DNA of 64,000 bases from the sequence record DRR378314_409. One strand, given 5' to 3'. Below the pieces are notes generated by a model. It saw nothing but the letters and a program-made list of their open reading frames with translations. It was not told the DNA's origin and did no database searches. The translations under genes and the position numbers were made by a program. The stretch's first letter is position 1. The number at the start of each line of letters is the position of its first letter. This document shows, piece after piece, positions 1 to 10,327 of this stretch.

Positions 1-2
1 GT

Positions 3-1364
3 TGCCTGTTGGTCGGCCCTCCAGGTACAGGTAAAACCTTGCTGGCTCGTTCCGTCGCGGGTGAGGCAAATGTGCCTTTCTTCACGATCTCGGGTTCTGA
101 CTTTGTTGAAATGTTCGTCGGTGTCGGCGCAAGCCGTGTCCGTGATATGTTTGAGCAGGGTAAGAAAAACGCGCCCTGCATCATCTTTATCGATGAGATT
201 GACGCGGTCGGCCGTCATCGGGGCGCCGGTCTTGGAGGTGGAAATGACGAACGGGAACAAACCCTCAACCAGTTGCTTGTTGAAATGGACGGTTTTGAGG
301 CCAATGACGGTGTTATTCTGATCGCGGCAACAAACCGCCCAGATGTTTTGGACCCGGCCCTGTTGCGTCCAGGTCGTTTCGACCGTCAGGTTGTTGTTCC
401 GAACCCTGACATTCTCGGCCGTGAGAAAATCCTGAAAGTCCACATGCGCAAAGTGCCACTGGCAAATGATGTGAATGCCCGGACGATTGCACGTGGTACG
501 CCAGGTTTCTCTGGTGCAGATCTTGCCAATCTGGTGAACGAGGCTGCATTGTTGGCGGCCAGAAAATCACGACGTCTGGTGACGCATCAGGAATTTGAAG
601 AAGCCAAAGATAAGGTCATGATGGGAACGGAACGCCGCTCAATGGTCATGTCAGAGGAAGAAAAGAAGCTGACAGCTTACCATGAAGGTGGTCATGCTTT
701 GGTTGGCATGCATATGGCAGCTTCTGACCCTGTTCACAAAGCAACCATCATTCCGCGCGGACGTGCCCTTGGAATGGTGATGCGGTTGCCGGAAAAAGAC
801 AGTTACTCTATGCGCCGGGATCAATGCCTTGCACATCTGGCTGTTGCTATGGGTGGCCGTGTTGCTGAAGAAATGATTTTTGGACATGACGCGGTGACAA
901 CCGGTGCCTCCGGTGACATTAAAATGGCAACTGGTATGGCACGTCGTATGGTAACCGAGTGGGGCCTTTCAGAAAAACTGGGACCATTGTTGTATAGCGC
1001 TGATCAGGAAGAAGTGTTCCTCGGTCATTCAGTCTCTCAACAGAAAAATGTTTCTGATGCGACAGCACAACTCATTGATCAGGAAGTTCGCCGCTTTGTT
1101 GAAGAAGGTGAGGACACTGCTCGAAAAATTCTGACAGATCATCATGATCAACTGCACCGAATTGCTAAAGGTCTGCTTGAGTATGAAACTCTCTCAGGTG
1201 ATGAGATAAAAATCTTGATGGAAGGTGGGGATATCAATCGTCCTGAGGATGATGATCCAACCACTGATCAAGGGCCAAGCTCGACTGTCCCCCAAGCCGA
1301 CGGGCATAAAAAACCTGATCCGGATAGCGGTGGACTTGAGCCGGAACCACAACCCGGTTCGTAA
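3..1364 (+). CDS. ftsH: ATP-dependent zinc metalloprotease FtsH (5' truncated by window)
   Basis: Walker A GPPGTGKT, Walker [37 protein letters not shown] zinc motif; ftsH-folP-glmM order. Confidence 0.98.
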   Translation, partial: CLLVGPPGTGKTLLARSVAGEANVPFFTISGSDFVEMFVGVGASRVRDMFEQGKKNAPCIIFIDEIDAVGRHRGAGLGGGNDEREQTLNQLLVEMDGFEANDGVILIAATNRPDVLDPALLRPGRFDRQVVVPNPDILGREKILKVHMRKVPLANDVNARTIARGTPGFSGADLANLVNEAALLAARKSRRLVTHQEFEEAKDKVMMGTERRSMVMSEEEKKLTAYHEGGHALVGMHMAASDPVHKATIIPRGRALGMVMRLPEKDSYSMRRDQCLAHLAVAMGGRVAEEMIFGHDAVTTGASGDIKMATGMARRMVTEWGLSEKLGPLLYSADQEEVFLGHSVSQQKNVSDATAQLIDQEVRRFVEEGEDTARKILTDHHDQLHRIAKGLLEYETLSGDEIKILMEGGDINRPEDDDPTTDQGPSSTVPQADGHKKPDPDSGGLEPEPQPGS

Positions 1365-1373
1365 GGATACTTA

Positions 1374-2444
1374 ATGTCTCTTGAAGCTAAAGGCTCCGCT
1401 TTCCCGCGGGGCCTTTCTCATACTCACCGTGTTTATCTGGCTCGCGCTCAAAGGCATTGTGCTGATTATCTGACGGTTGCAATTCGCGAAGGAGCAAACG
1501 TTCTCCATCTTGAAAACCATCCGGTTGAGGAAATCCTTGAATTAGCCGCAAGCTCACCAACCCATGCAGCGGATATCCACTCCCAAATTGAATATCTGCA
1601 AGCCCTGGATGACTTGTCTGCATGTGCTGGCAAGAAAGGTCCGCTGGTCATGGGCATTGTAAATGTGACACCTGACAGCTTTTCAGATGGTGGGGAGTTT
1701 TACGGTTTTAGGGAAGCTGTTCTTCAAGGCAGGGGTCTTCTGAACAAAGGCGCAGACATTCTGGATATTGGAGGGGAGAGTACCCGGCCCGGTGCTGAAA
1801 CAATCCACGCCTCCGAAGAAATAGAGCGGGTTGTACCAGTTATTAAGGAGCTTGCGACAGCGGCGGGTTTGATCTCGATCGACACCCGCAAAGCGGCAGT
1901 GATGGAGGCGGCTTTACTTGCCGGCGCAGGCCTGATTAATGATGTAACCGCGCTTGAATATGATGATAAAAGCCTGGCGGTTGCCGTCAACAGCAATAAG
2001 CCGATTTGCCTGATGCACAGCTCAGCTGATCCGAAAGTCATGCAGGATAACCCTCAATATGATCATGTGCTTTTTGATGTTATTGATTATCTGAAATCCC
2101 GTGTCGAGATTTGCATTGCAGGTGGGATGAAACGAAAAGATATTTTGTTGGATCCGGGGATCGGGTTCGGCAAAACGCTAACGCATAATTTGGTCCTTTT
2201 GAAAGGCTTGCGCTTCTTTCACGCGCTTGGGTGCCCCGTTCTCCTTGGAACCTCTCGGAAATCCTTTATCGGTAAAATCGGCGACGCATCAGATCCCAAG
2301 GATCGGCTGCCGGGCTCACTCACTACTGTGGTCGCGGGGCTGGAAGCCGGCGTGCAAGTTTACCGGGTTCATGATGTGGCTGAAACCTGCCAGGCGATTG
2401 CAATTTGGCAGGCGATCGACAATACTTCTTTAACTGAAAATTGA
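1374..2444 (+). CDS. folP: Dihydropteroate synthase with N-terminal extension
   Basis: MGIVNVTPDSFSDGG, DIGGESTRPG, DPGIGFGK, GTSRKSF, RVHDV motifs. Confidence 0.96.
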   Translation: MSLEAKGSAFPRGLSHTHRVYLARAQRHCADYLTVAIREGANVLHLENHPVEEILELAASSPTHAADIHSQIEYLQALDDLSACAGKKGPLVMGIVNVTPDSFSDGGEFYGFREAVLQGRGLLNKGADILDIGGESTRPGAETIHASEEIERVVPVIKELATAAGLISIDTRKAAVMEAALLAGAGLINDVTALEYDDKSLAVAVNSNKPICLMHSSADPKVMQDNPQYDHVLFDVIDYLKSRVEICIAGGMKRKDILLDPGIGFGKTLTHNLVLLKGLRFFHALGCPVLLGTSRKSFIGKIGDASDPKDRLPGSLTTVVAGLEAGVQVYRVHDVAETCQAIAIWQAIDNTSLTEN

Positions 2445-2482
2445 GATAACCTGAGAAAGGTTGAGCGGGGGATTCACGCTAG

Positions 2483-3832
2483 ATGACACGAAAGTACTTC
2501 GGAACAGACGGTATTCGGGGAACGGCAAATCAATTGCCGATGACGGCCGAGATCGCTTTACAGGTCGGAAAAGCCGCAGGTAAGAAATTTGCAGGGCGCG
2601 GTAATTTTCGGCATCGCGTCGTAATCGGCAAGGATACACGCCTATCTGGCTATATGATTGAGCCTGCCCTGACCGCTGGGTTTATATCGGTGGGTATGGA
2701 TGTCATTCTGGTGGGACCGTTGCCAACCCCAGCCATCGCCATGCTAACCCGATCATTAAGAGCTGATCTTGGTGTTATGATTTCGGCTTCACATAATCCC
2801 TATCAGGACAATGGGATAAAACTTTTCGGTCCAGACGGCTATAAACTTTCCGATGATGTGGAATTGGAAATAGAAGCGGGCATCGAAAATCCGGAGTCGG
2901 TGGAAGTTGCGTCGCCAAAATTTTTGGGACGTGCAACGCGGCTTGAGGATGCGCGGGGGCGATATATAGAGTTTGCCAAAAGCAGCTTCCCAAAAAACCA
3001 GTTGCTAAAAGGGCTTAAGATCGTTGTCGATTGTGCCAATGGGGCCGCCTATAAAGTAGCGCCAACTGTGCTTTGGGAACTTGAGGCGGATGTCATCTCC
3101 CTTGGGGTGACACCTGATGGCTTAAATATTAATGACGGGTGCGGCTCCACCTCGACAGAAGCGATGTGTCAAAAGGTGGTGGAGGTTGGCGCAGATCTCG
3201 GGATTGCTCTGGATGGAGATGCAGACCGTTTGATCATGTGCGATGAAAACGGGCAGTTGATCGACGGTGATCAGCTCATGGCCTTGATCGCCGCCAGTTG
3301 GGCAGAGCGCGACTTGTTGCAAGGCGGGGGCCTGGTGGCAACAGTTATGTCGAATATGGGACTTGAGAAATTTCTGGGCGGTCTAGGCCTCGATTTAATT
3401 AGAACCGCTGTTGGTGATCGATATGTGGTGGAGCATATGCGCGCCCATGGCTATAATCTGGGGGGAGAGCAGTCAGGCCATATGGTGATGAGTGATTTTG
3501 CCACCACAGGAGATGGACTTGTCGCGGCGCTGCAGGTTTTATCTGTAATCGTTGAGCAGCAAAAACCTGTCAGTGAAATTTCCCGAAGTTTTGATCCTTT
3601 CCCGCAAATTCTTAAAAATGTGCGATATGGATCTACGGATCCACTGACATTACCCTCTGTGCAGGCTGCAATTAAGGATGGCGAGGAAAGACTGGCCTCG
3701 ACCGGGCGCCTGCTCATTCGAAAATCCGGTACAGAGCCGCTTATTCGGGTGATGGGAGAAGGTGAAGATACAGGCCTTGTAGATCAGGTTGTAAACGCCA
3801 TCGTCGCAGAAGTGAAAAGCGCGGCTTCATAA
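2483..3832 (+). CDS. glmM: Phosphoglucosamine mutase
   Basis: [34 protein letters not shown] motifs. Confidence 0.98.
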   Translation: MTRKYFGTDGIRGTANQLPMTAEIALQVGKAAGKKFAGRGNFRHRVVIGKDTRLSGYMIEPALTAGFISVGMDVILVGPLPTPAIAMLTRSLRADLGVMISASHNPYQDNGIKLFGPDGYKLSDDVELEIEAGIENPESVEVASPKFLGRATRLEDARGRYIEFAKSSFPKNQLLKGLKIVVDCANGAAYKVAPTVLWELEADVISLGVTPDGLNINDGCGSTSTEAMCQKVVEVGADLGIALDGDADRLIMCDENGQLIDGDQLMALIAASWAERDLLQGGGLVATVMSNMGLEKFLGGLGLDLIRTAVGDRYVVEHMRAHGYNLGGEQSGHMVMSDFATTGDGLVAALQVLSVIVEQQKPVSEISRSFDPFPQILKNVRYGSTDPLTLPSVQAAIKDGEERLASTGRLLIRKSGTEPLIRVMGEGEDTGLVDQVVNAIVAEVKSAAS

Positions 3833-3868
3833 TCGCTAAATATTAAGGAAACAAAGGAATTCACCCCG

Positions 3869-4669
3869 ATGAAGGGACGCGTATTATCGATTGCTGGCTC
3901 AGATAGTAGTGGAGGCGCCGGTATTCAGGCGGATTTGAAAGCGATTACGGCTTTAGGTGGATATGGCGCCACCGCGATCACCGCCATGACCGCCCAAAAC
4001 ACGCTTGGTGTCCATGCCATATTCCCGGTTGATCCTGAATTCGTAGTCGAGCAAATTCGAACCGTTATAGATGATATTGGTCTGGATGCAATTAAGATAG
4101 GAATGTTGCATCGGGTAGAGGTTATTGAGGCCATTGCCGATTACTTTGATGCTTATGAGGGCCTTCCGCCAGTTGTTTTAGACCCGGTTATGATTGCAAA
4201 AGGTGGGGCTGAACTTTTAACAACTGATGCCGAGCTTGCCATCAAGGGCCGTTTGCTGAAAAGGCATACAAGTCTTTTGACCCCCAACATCCCGGAAGCG
4301 GAAAAGTTAGTTGGCTACGCGATTACAACAACAGAGGCAATGCGAAAGGCTTCCTCTGATCTGTTGTCGTTGGGCTGCCAGTCGGTTTTGCTTAAAGGGG
4401 GACATGGGGACAGGGAGACGGTGGTTGATATTCTGATGACAGCAGACGATATCCATGAGTTCGAGCATCCACGCATTCAATCTGAGCATACTCATGGAAC
4501 GGGCTGCACATTGTCCTCCGCTATTGCAACGGGCCTCGCGCAGAAGCTGTCGCTCAAAGAAAGTGTAGGTCGGGCAATTCGCTATGTTGAGAAAGCCATT
4601 GAAACAGCGCCGCGTTTGGGCGCAGGGCATGGTCCGCTAAACCACACACATAATATTCCACAATTTTAA
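3869..4669 (+). CDS. thiD: Hydroxymethylpyrimidine/phosphomethylpyrimidine kinase
   Basis: IAGSDSSGGAGIQADLK, TAQNT, HGTGCTLSSA motifs. Confidence 0.97.
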   Translation: MKGRVLSIAGSDSSGGAGIQADLKAITALGGYGATAITAMTAQNTLGVHAIFPVDPEFVVEQIRTVIDDIGLDAIKIGMLHRVEVIEAIADYFDAYEGLPPVVLDPVMIAKGGAELLTTDAELAIKGRLLKRHTSLLTPNIPEAEKLVGYAITTTEAMRKASSDLLSLGCQSVLLKGGHGDRETVVDILMTADDIHEFEHPRIQSEHTHGTGCTLSSAIATGLAQKLSLKESVGRAIRYVEKAIETAPRLGAGHGPLNHTHNIPQF

Positions 4670-4687
4670 AACGGTTGCGGGTGAGGG

Positions 4688-5455
4688 TTAGGCGAATAAA
4701 TTTATGATGGGATCAGCCGTCCCGCTTTGAGGAGTAAAAGAGCCTATATTGGTATCGGCAGCTGTAGTTTCTGCTGGATCTTCACCAGAGAGTTCTGCCT
4801 GCTTTTGAGCGTTTAATTCTGCTTGTGCTTCCGAGCGTTGTTTCGCGGCAGTTGCAGCTACAGCACGGTCCTGACTGGAGGGTTCAGCAGGGGCCAAAGC
4901 TGCTTTAATCACCACATCCATTTTAGAAATTGTGGCTGCTGGATCTCCGGGAACAGGTGCAACATCGATTTTAACCTCTCCGCCTACAGCATATTGAACA
5001 CGATCAGGTCCTGTTTGATATTCATATGTCGGTGATCCGGCATATTGGCCGCCGACAGCCGCATGAGCCTGTTCATGGGTTCGCACTTCCTGATCCCGTG
5101 CTTTGAGATCATCAACCTGCTCAAGTTCCGCATCGCTCAAACCGGCCTCAGGGGCCGCCGAAGATGCCGCCGAAGCCTCCGATGCCTCTGGCGCTGGACG
5201 TGTAGCATCCTCTGTCGAGGTGCCGTCTTCCGTTTGCCCTTGAATAGTGGTAACGACATCTTTGGACAGTTGGCCGTTATTCGAAGTGCTTGGATCCGAG
5301 GTTGTTTTTGGTGATGACGTGTTTTGATGAACGGCATCTGCCGTCTGTTCATCGGAGACGGGCGCCACTCCCGTTTGGGCAGACCCACTAGCTGCTTGCG
5401 CAAAAGAAGTTTGCGCATAGGCTAGATAGGACGTGTTTGAGACAGCGCCGATCAT
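4688..5455 (-). CDS. SprA-related family putative metalloprotease
   Basis: RDQEVRTHEQAH (HExxH), GPDxxxYAVGGEVKID, AALAPAEPSSQDRAVAA; low-complexity acidic N-terminal half. Confidence 0.85.
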   Translation of the reverse strand: MIGAVSNTSYLAYAQTSFAQAASGSAQTGVAPVSDEQTADAVHQNTSSPKTTSDPSTSNNGQLSKDVVTTIQGQTEDGTSTEDATRPAPEASEASAASSAAPEAGLSDAELEQVDDLKARDQEVRTHEQAHAAVGGQYAGSPTYEYQTGPDRVQYAVGGEVKIDVAPVPGDPAATISKMDVVIKAALAPAEPSSQDRAVAATAAKQRSEAQAELNAQKQAELSGEDPAETTAADTNIGSFTPQSGTADPIINLFA

Positions 5456-5464
5456 GACATTAAA

Positions 5465-5935
5465 TTAGATCTGAAGGTCAATCGGGTTTCGGGCAGATCT
5501 TCCTGCGCCATCAGTATCCTCTGAGGCGGCAACCGTATTGTCTGAAGTTGCTCGTGATTGCACGGATTCTTCTTCCAGTTGCTCAACCTGTTGAGCGGCT
5601 GCTTCAACACCCGTTGCTTCTGGAGGTGTGATTTCAATATCAACTGGAGTTGTCGTAGCTGCTGGGGCTTCCCCTGTGCCAACTGGAGTTGGTGCGGACG
5701 GTGCGGCCTGAGTCTCTGGGGCTGCTTCGGCTTCAACCTGTTGCAAAGCTGTGACGGCTTCTACAGAAATTGGCGTGCTGTTGGTTGCAGGTACAGCCGG
5801 AGCTGAAGTTTCTGCGGTCTGCTCAGGGGCAGAAAGCCCAATGTTTGGACGCTCTGCCTCGGAGTTTGCGGGCTTGCTTTCCGGAGCTTGATATTGAGCG
5901 GCGGCAGTTTGCGCCCCAATTGTTGCAGATAACAT
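5465..5935 (-). CDS. Hypothetical acidic Ala/Pro/Thr/Glu-rich, probably disordered protein
   Basis: 156-aa ORF with AAAGGA RBS, 9 bp upstream of the SprA-like gene; ends NPIDLQI. Confidence 0.7.
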   Translation of the reverse strand: MLSATIGAQTAAAQYQAPESKPANSEAERPNIGLSAPEQTAETSAPAVPATNSTPISVEAVTALQQVEAEAAPETQAAPSAPTPVGTGEAPAATTTPVDIEITPPEATGVEAAAQQVEQLEEESVQSRATSDNTVAASEDTDGAGRSARNPIDLQI

Positions 5936-6006
5936 TACATATCCTTTCGGATTTCTATACCGGTTCGGACCTTCTAGTCCACAGTCACATTTCTAATCCC
6001 TAATTA

Positions 6007-6034
6007 TTAACACACTGTAAACAAAGATGGTTAA
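6007..6034. promoter_or_regulatory. CtrA-like binding sites
   Basis: TTAA-CACACTG-TAAAC (6007-6022, one mismatch to TTAA-N7-TTAAC) plus TTAACCAT on the minus strand (6027-6034). Confidence 0.5.
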
Positions 6035-6060
6035 CAGCTTAGAAATCTGCGAAATTCTGT

Positions 6061-7233
6061 TCACATTTTAGCGAGACTGTTAATCAGGGTCTCCAATTCC
6101 TCCTCAGCATTGTAATAATGGAAAGAAGCCCTCACAATGTTGGAGAGGTTCCGCCGCTCCATATCGTAGCGGGTGGAGTTTACCGTAGATGTAGATACGT
6201 TAATGCTGTGGTTAGAAAGAGACGCTTTGATTTCATCTGCAGTTCTGGCTTGGTGACTAAAGGTGACCATACCGCCTTTTTCCTTACCAATATCATGAAC
6301 TGTAAAGCCTGGCAGGTTTGAGATTTTAGTCCGCGCCAGTTCGGCCAGTTTTCGAAGACGGTTAGAGGCGTCTTGCTCACCAATATTTAACAGGTAATCA
6401 ACGGCGACGCCCATTCCGATAACCGCCGCAATATTAAACTCCCAATTTTCAAAGCGTCGGGCATCTTCACGAAGTGTATAGTCATCACGGCTGGACCAGA
6501 TTGCACTACGCAAATCTAAAAAGGGGGGTTCTAGCTTATCCATGAAATTTTTACGGACGTACAGGAAACCTGTACCCCGAGGTGCGCGTAAGTATTTCCG
6601 GCCTGTTGCAGAAAGCATATCGCATCCGATTTTCTCCACATCAATGGGGATCTGCCCCACGGACTGGCAGGCATCCAGCAAATAAGGAATACCGAATTTT
6701 TTCGCAACTTTCCCAATTTCTTCAGCCGGGTTTATCAGCCCCCCGTTTGTGGGAATGTGGGTCACGGAAATTAATTTGACCCGATCAGTGACCATCTCTT
6801 CCAGGGCATGGACATCGATTTGTCCCGTTTCATCCGAAGGAACCACCTGAATCTCGACCTTTTTATTTTTGGCAGCTTGCAGGTAAGTAATTACGTTGCT
6901 TGCATATTCTGCCTCTGCCGTCAGGATAACATCCCCTTCCTTTAAAGAGAGGCCGTGAAAGGCAAGCATCCATCCAGCGGTCGCATTTTCGACAAGTGCA
7001 ATTTCTGAACGGTCACATTTAATCAGCTCAGCAATTGCATCATAGGTGCGCTCAAACGCAGGCAGTGCCCTGGCGTGGGCTTCATAACCGCCTACTTCCA
7101 TTTCCAGGTTTAAATGATCAACTACTGCTTGATAAACGGAATTGGACATCAGCGCCGAACCTGCATTATTCAAATGAATGCGGGATTTTGTGCCGGGGGT
7201 TTCATCCCGTAAAGTCTGTAGATCTAACGTCAT
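6061..7233 (-). CDS. Class V PLP-dependent enzyme (cysteine desulfurase/C-S lyase-like)
   Basis: HLNNAG, LLDACQS, SATGRKYLRAPRGTG (PLP Lys), RASFHYYN. Confidence 0.88.
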   Translation of the reverse strand: MTLDLQTLRDETPGTKSRIHLNNAGSALMSNSVYQAVVDHLNLEMEVGGYEAHARALPAFERTYDAIAELIKCDRSEIALVENATAGWMLAFHGLSLKEGDVILTAEAEYASNVITYLQAAKNKKVEIQVVPSDETGQIDVHALEEMVTDRVKLISVTHIPTNGGLINPAEEIGKVAKKFGIPYLLDACQSVGQIPIDVEKIGCDMLSATGRKYLRAPRGTGFLYVRKNFMDKLEPPFLDLRSAIWSSRDDYTLREDARRFENWEFNIAAVIGMGVAVDYLLNIGEQDASNRLRKLAELARTKISNLPGFTVHDIGKEKGGMVTFSHQARTADEIKASLSNHSINVSTSTVNSTRYDMERRNLSNIVRASFHYYNAEEELETLINSLAKM

Positions 7234-7236
7234 AAT

Positions 7237-8373
7237 TTACCTCGTGAAATCAGCCAGTGCATCAATCAGTTTCTGGCAATCCTGATCTGTATTGTAGACG
7301 TGTGGGGTAATCCGCAGAGAATTGCCCCGCATTGAGAGGAAAATGTTTTCCGCTGCCATTTTCTGAAGGAGGTCAGGGGCAAAGCCACCAGTTTTTTCTA
7401 TGCTCAAAAAATGCTGTGCACGCAGCTTTTCGGGTAAGATCGTTAAATTCAAGTCTTGAGCTGCATTGGCAATTTTCCGGTTCAAGTGCCCAATTGTTTC
7501 GTAAATCTCTGGAACACTCCAGTCCAAAATTTGGTTAAGGGCTGCAATGGCCATCGGTAGCAATTGGAAATTGGCCCGTTGTCCCATGTCGTAGCGGGCC
7601 GCACCACTTTGATAGTTGTCTTCGTAATTCACAAGGCCGGCAAAATCCTCAGAGCCAGCACGGTTGAGCCAGTTATACTCAATCGGTTCACCCTGCTGGT
7701 TCTCAGGACTGGCATAAAGAAAACCGATACTGTAGGGGCCCATCAGCCATTTATAAGCCGCAACGACCAGGAAATCGGGTTTCACTTCTTTGACGGTGAG
7801 GGGCAGAACACCCAAAGACTGCGTGACATCCAAAACCAATTTTGCGTCAACTGCCTCGAGCGCGTGTTTAATTTCAACCAGATCCAGAATGCCACCGTCC
7901 GCCCAGTGATTATTGGGCAAGGCGGCGACCGCGACAGAGCTATCAATTTTGGAAAGAACAGCCTTAGTCCAGTCTTTGTCAGCGGGGGCAGGTACTGTTT
8001 CAATAATGGCGCCCGTTTCTGCTGCCCGTTGTTGCCAGCAATATACGTTACTGGGAAACTGATCTTGAAGAACCAGGATCTTATCGCCGTTTTCAAGCGG
8101 CGTGTTTTTTGCTGCAATCGCAAGGCCATAGGAGGCTGAAGGGATAATCGAGATATCCGACTTGTCAGCTGAAATTAGATGGGCAAACAGATCTTTTGCA
8201 ACTTCACTGTCATCAAAAAAATCTTGCGGTGTGACCTGCCAGGGGTTGGCTTTTTGCAAAACAGCTTTTTGGCCCGCTTCAGTTACCTTAATGGATAGGG
8301 GAGACATATAGGCGCAATTAAAATAGGCAATGTCATCAGGAATAGTGAATAAGTCGCGTTTGTTTTCAAGCAT
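7237..8373 (-). CDS. Class V PLP-dependent enzyme
   Basis: YFNCAYMSP, LDVTQS, AAYKWLMGP (PLP Lys), RITPHVYN. Confidence 0.88.
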   Translation of the reverse strand: MLENKRDLFTIPDDIAYFNCAYMSPLSIKVTEAGQKAVLQKANPWQVTPQDFFDDSEVAKDLFAHLISADKSDISIIPSASYGLAIAAKNTPLENGDKILVLQDQFPSNVYCWQQRAAETGAIIETVPAPADKDWTKAVLSKIDSSVAVAALPNNHWADGGILDLVEIKHALEAVDAKLVLDVTQSLGVLPLTVKEVKPDFLVVAAYKWLMGPYSIGFLYASPENQQGEPIEYNWLNRAGSEDFAGLVNYEDNYQSGAARYDMGQRANFQLLPMAIAALNQILDWSVPEIYETIGHLNRKIANAAQDLNLTILPEKLRAQHFLSIEKTGGFAPDLLQKMAAENIFLSMRGNSLRITPHVYNTDQDCQKLIDALADFTR

Positions 8374-8464
8374 GTATGGCCTCTTTGGTAAGGGACCATT
8401 TTGGCGCTTGCAAATCGATTTTCCAGTCCTTTTTTGTCTTTAGGACAAAGTTTTGCTGATGCTA

Positions 8465-8938
8465 TCAGTTCATCGATATTTTGTATTGGAAACAATTGTT
8501 GCTGGCAGATCGGGCGTGGATAAATTTAACATCAGGGTTTTGAAAAATGCGATTTGCGGTTTCTTCAACTCTACTATTTTGAGTGATCTCGCCTGTGCCA
8601 TAGACGATTCTTTCGCTCTTATTATATCCGCGAAGAAGAATTTTTCCATTTGGTTGATACATGCGGGGAAGGGTTGATGCCTCAGTATAAGCATTGCAGG
8701 GGCTGGAATGCAGGAAAATAGGGCCAAGTTCGGCGTAAGGTTGTTTTGTTAAAAATGGCCGATACGCAAGAACCAGCATTTCCTCTCCGTCTTTAATGTG
8801 GTCAAGGCAATGCCGGCAAGGATTGCCTTGACCATCTGAAATTTGAACCTCTGGTGGATGGCCGTAAGCATCCAACTCCCCTTTTTGATATTTTCGAACT
8901 TCAGCGGTGGGTAATGGCTGGAAACAGAGTTTTTTCAT
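8465..8938 (-). CDS. DUF1203 family protein
   Basis: PCRHCL, PYAELGPIFLH, LRGY, HARSASNNCF; ATG at 8938 preferred to the TTG at 8971. Confidence 0.85.
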   Translation of the reverse strand: MKKLCFQPLPTAEVRKYQKGELDAYGHPPEVQISDGQGNPCRHCLDHIKDGEEMLVLAYRPFLTKQPYAELGPIFLHSSPCNAYTEASTLPRMYQPNGKILLRGYNKSERIVYGTGEITQNSRVEETANRIFQNPDVKFIHARSASNNCFQYKISMN

Positions 8939-9079
8939 GAAATCGCTCTTTTGTAAGGAATTTGACGCCAACCAAAATCATGTTTTTGCTCAAACAAAAC
9001 TATCCGAAAACCGATCAGTAATTTTGTCGCAGTGCACAAAAAACAATTTGACAGTCTGCTTCTAATCCACAATAAGGGC

Positions 9080-9122
9080 TGTGGGCCACATCCCCCCACC
9101 GGGATGCTCTAGACTGGAAGGT
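9080..9122 (+). ncRNA. serC leader RNA motif (alphaproteobacterial)
   Basis: CATCCC-CCCACC-GGGATG hairpin (9089-9106) followed by GACTGGA directly upstream of serC; TTGACA at 9048-9053. Confidence 0.7.
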
Positions 9123-9132
9123 TTAGTTTATA

Positions 9133-10299
9133 ATGACAGAAATAATGCGTCCGGAGAGACGCCCTAACTCTCCTATGTTTTCATCCGGTCCGTGCGCGAA
9201 GCGCCCTGGATGGTCACCACAAGTTCTCGAAAATGCGTTTCTGGGTCGATCCCATCGTGCTGCTGAAGGAAAAGAGCGGCTGAAGGCTGTTATTGATCAG
9301 CACCGCGAACTTCTTGGCATTCCAGATGATTACCGAATTGGGATTGTTCCAGGTTCGGATACCGGTGCCGTTGAAATGGCCTTATGGTCTCTTCTGGGTG
9401 CACGTCCCTCAACAATTCTGGCATGGGAAAGTTTTGGTTCTGGCTGGGCAACAGATGTTGTCAAACAGTTGAAGCTTGATGATGCCGAGGTTGTGACTGC
9501 AGAATATGGTGAACTCCCTGATTTGAATGCGGTTGACTGGAAACGGGATGTTGTTTTCACATGGAACGGAACGACATCCGGTGTTCGTGTCCCCAACGGT
9601 GACTGGATCGCTGACGATCGGGAAGGTCTTGCAATTTGCGATGCCACATCCGCCGTTTTTGCTATGGATATGCCTTGGGATAAACTGGATGTTGTGACCT
9701 GGTCCTGGCAGAAAGTGTTGGGAAGTGAAGCGGCCCACGGCATGTTGGTCTTGAGTCCGCGTGCAGTTGAACGGCTTGAAAGTTACACCCCGGCCTGGCC
9801 CCTTCCGAAAGTCTTTCGGATGACGAAAGGCGGCAAGCTGATCGAAGGTATTTTCCGCGGAGAAACCATCAATACCCCTTCTATGCTGGCCGTTGAAGAT
9901 GTGCTTGATGCACTTGCGTGGGCCAAATCGGTTGGTGGTTTGACAGGAATGATTGGGCGGGCGACCGCCAATGCCAAGGTCATTTCTGATTTTGTCAGTT
10001 CTTCGAACTGGCTGGATTACTTGGCAAGTGAAGACGCGACCCGAAGCCCGACTTCTGTCTGCCTGAAGATCGTTGATGACTGGTTTACAGACCTCTCGGA
10101 AGAGGATCAGGCAAAAGCGGCAAAGACACTCGTTTCCATTTTGGCAACCGAAGGTGCTGCGCTTGATATTGGTGCCTATCGGGATGCGCCGGCGGGTCTT
10201 CGGATCTGGGCAGGCGCAACTGTTGAGGCCGAGGATCTGGCGCTTCTCATGCCCTGGCTCGACTGGGGTTATGCCGAACTTAAAAAGACATTCAAGTAA
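9133..10299 (+). CDS. serC: Phosphoserine aminotransferase
   Basis: [30 protein letters not shown] motifs; adjacent to serA. Confidence 0.97.
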   Translation: MTEIMRPERRPNSPMFSSGPCAKRPGWSPQVLENAFLGRSHRAAEGKERLKAVIDQHRELLGIPDDYRIGIVPGSDTGAVEMALWSLLGARPSTILAWESFGSGWATDVVKQLKLDDAEVVTAEYGELPDLNAVDWKRDVVFTWNGTTSGVRVPNGDWIADDREGLAICDATSAVFAMDMPWDKLDVVTWSWQKVLGSEAAHGMLVLSPRAVERLESYTPAWPLPKVFRMTKGGKLIEGIFRGETINTPSMLAVEDVLDALAWAKSVGGLTGMIGRATANAKVISDFVSSSNWLDYLASEDATRSPTSVCLKIVDDWFTDLSEEDQAKAAKTLVSILATEGAALDIGAYRDAPAGLRIWAGATVEAEDLALLMPWLDWGYAELKKTFK

Positions 10300-10327
10300 T
10301 TCATCCTGACCATAAAGGATCTGACAA

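Noticed and set aside
9024-9040. TGTCGCAGTGCACAAA as a PhaR/AniA-type site
   Set aside because: Single degenerate match with no supporting gene context
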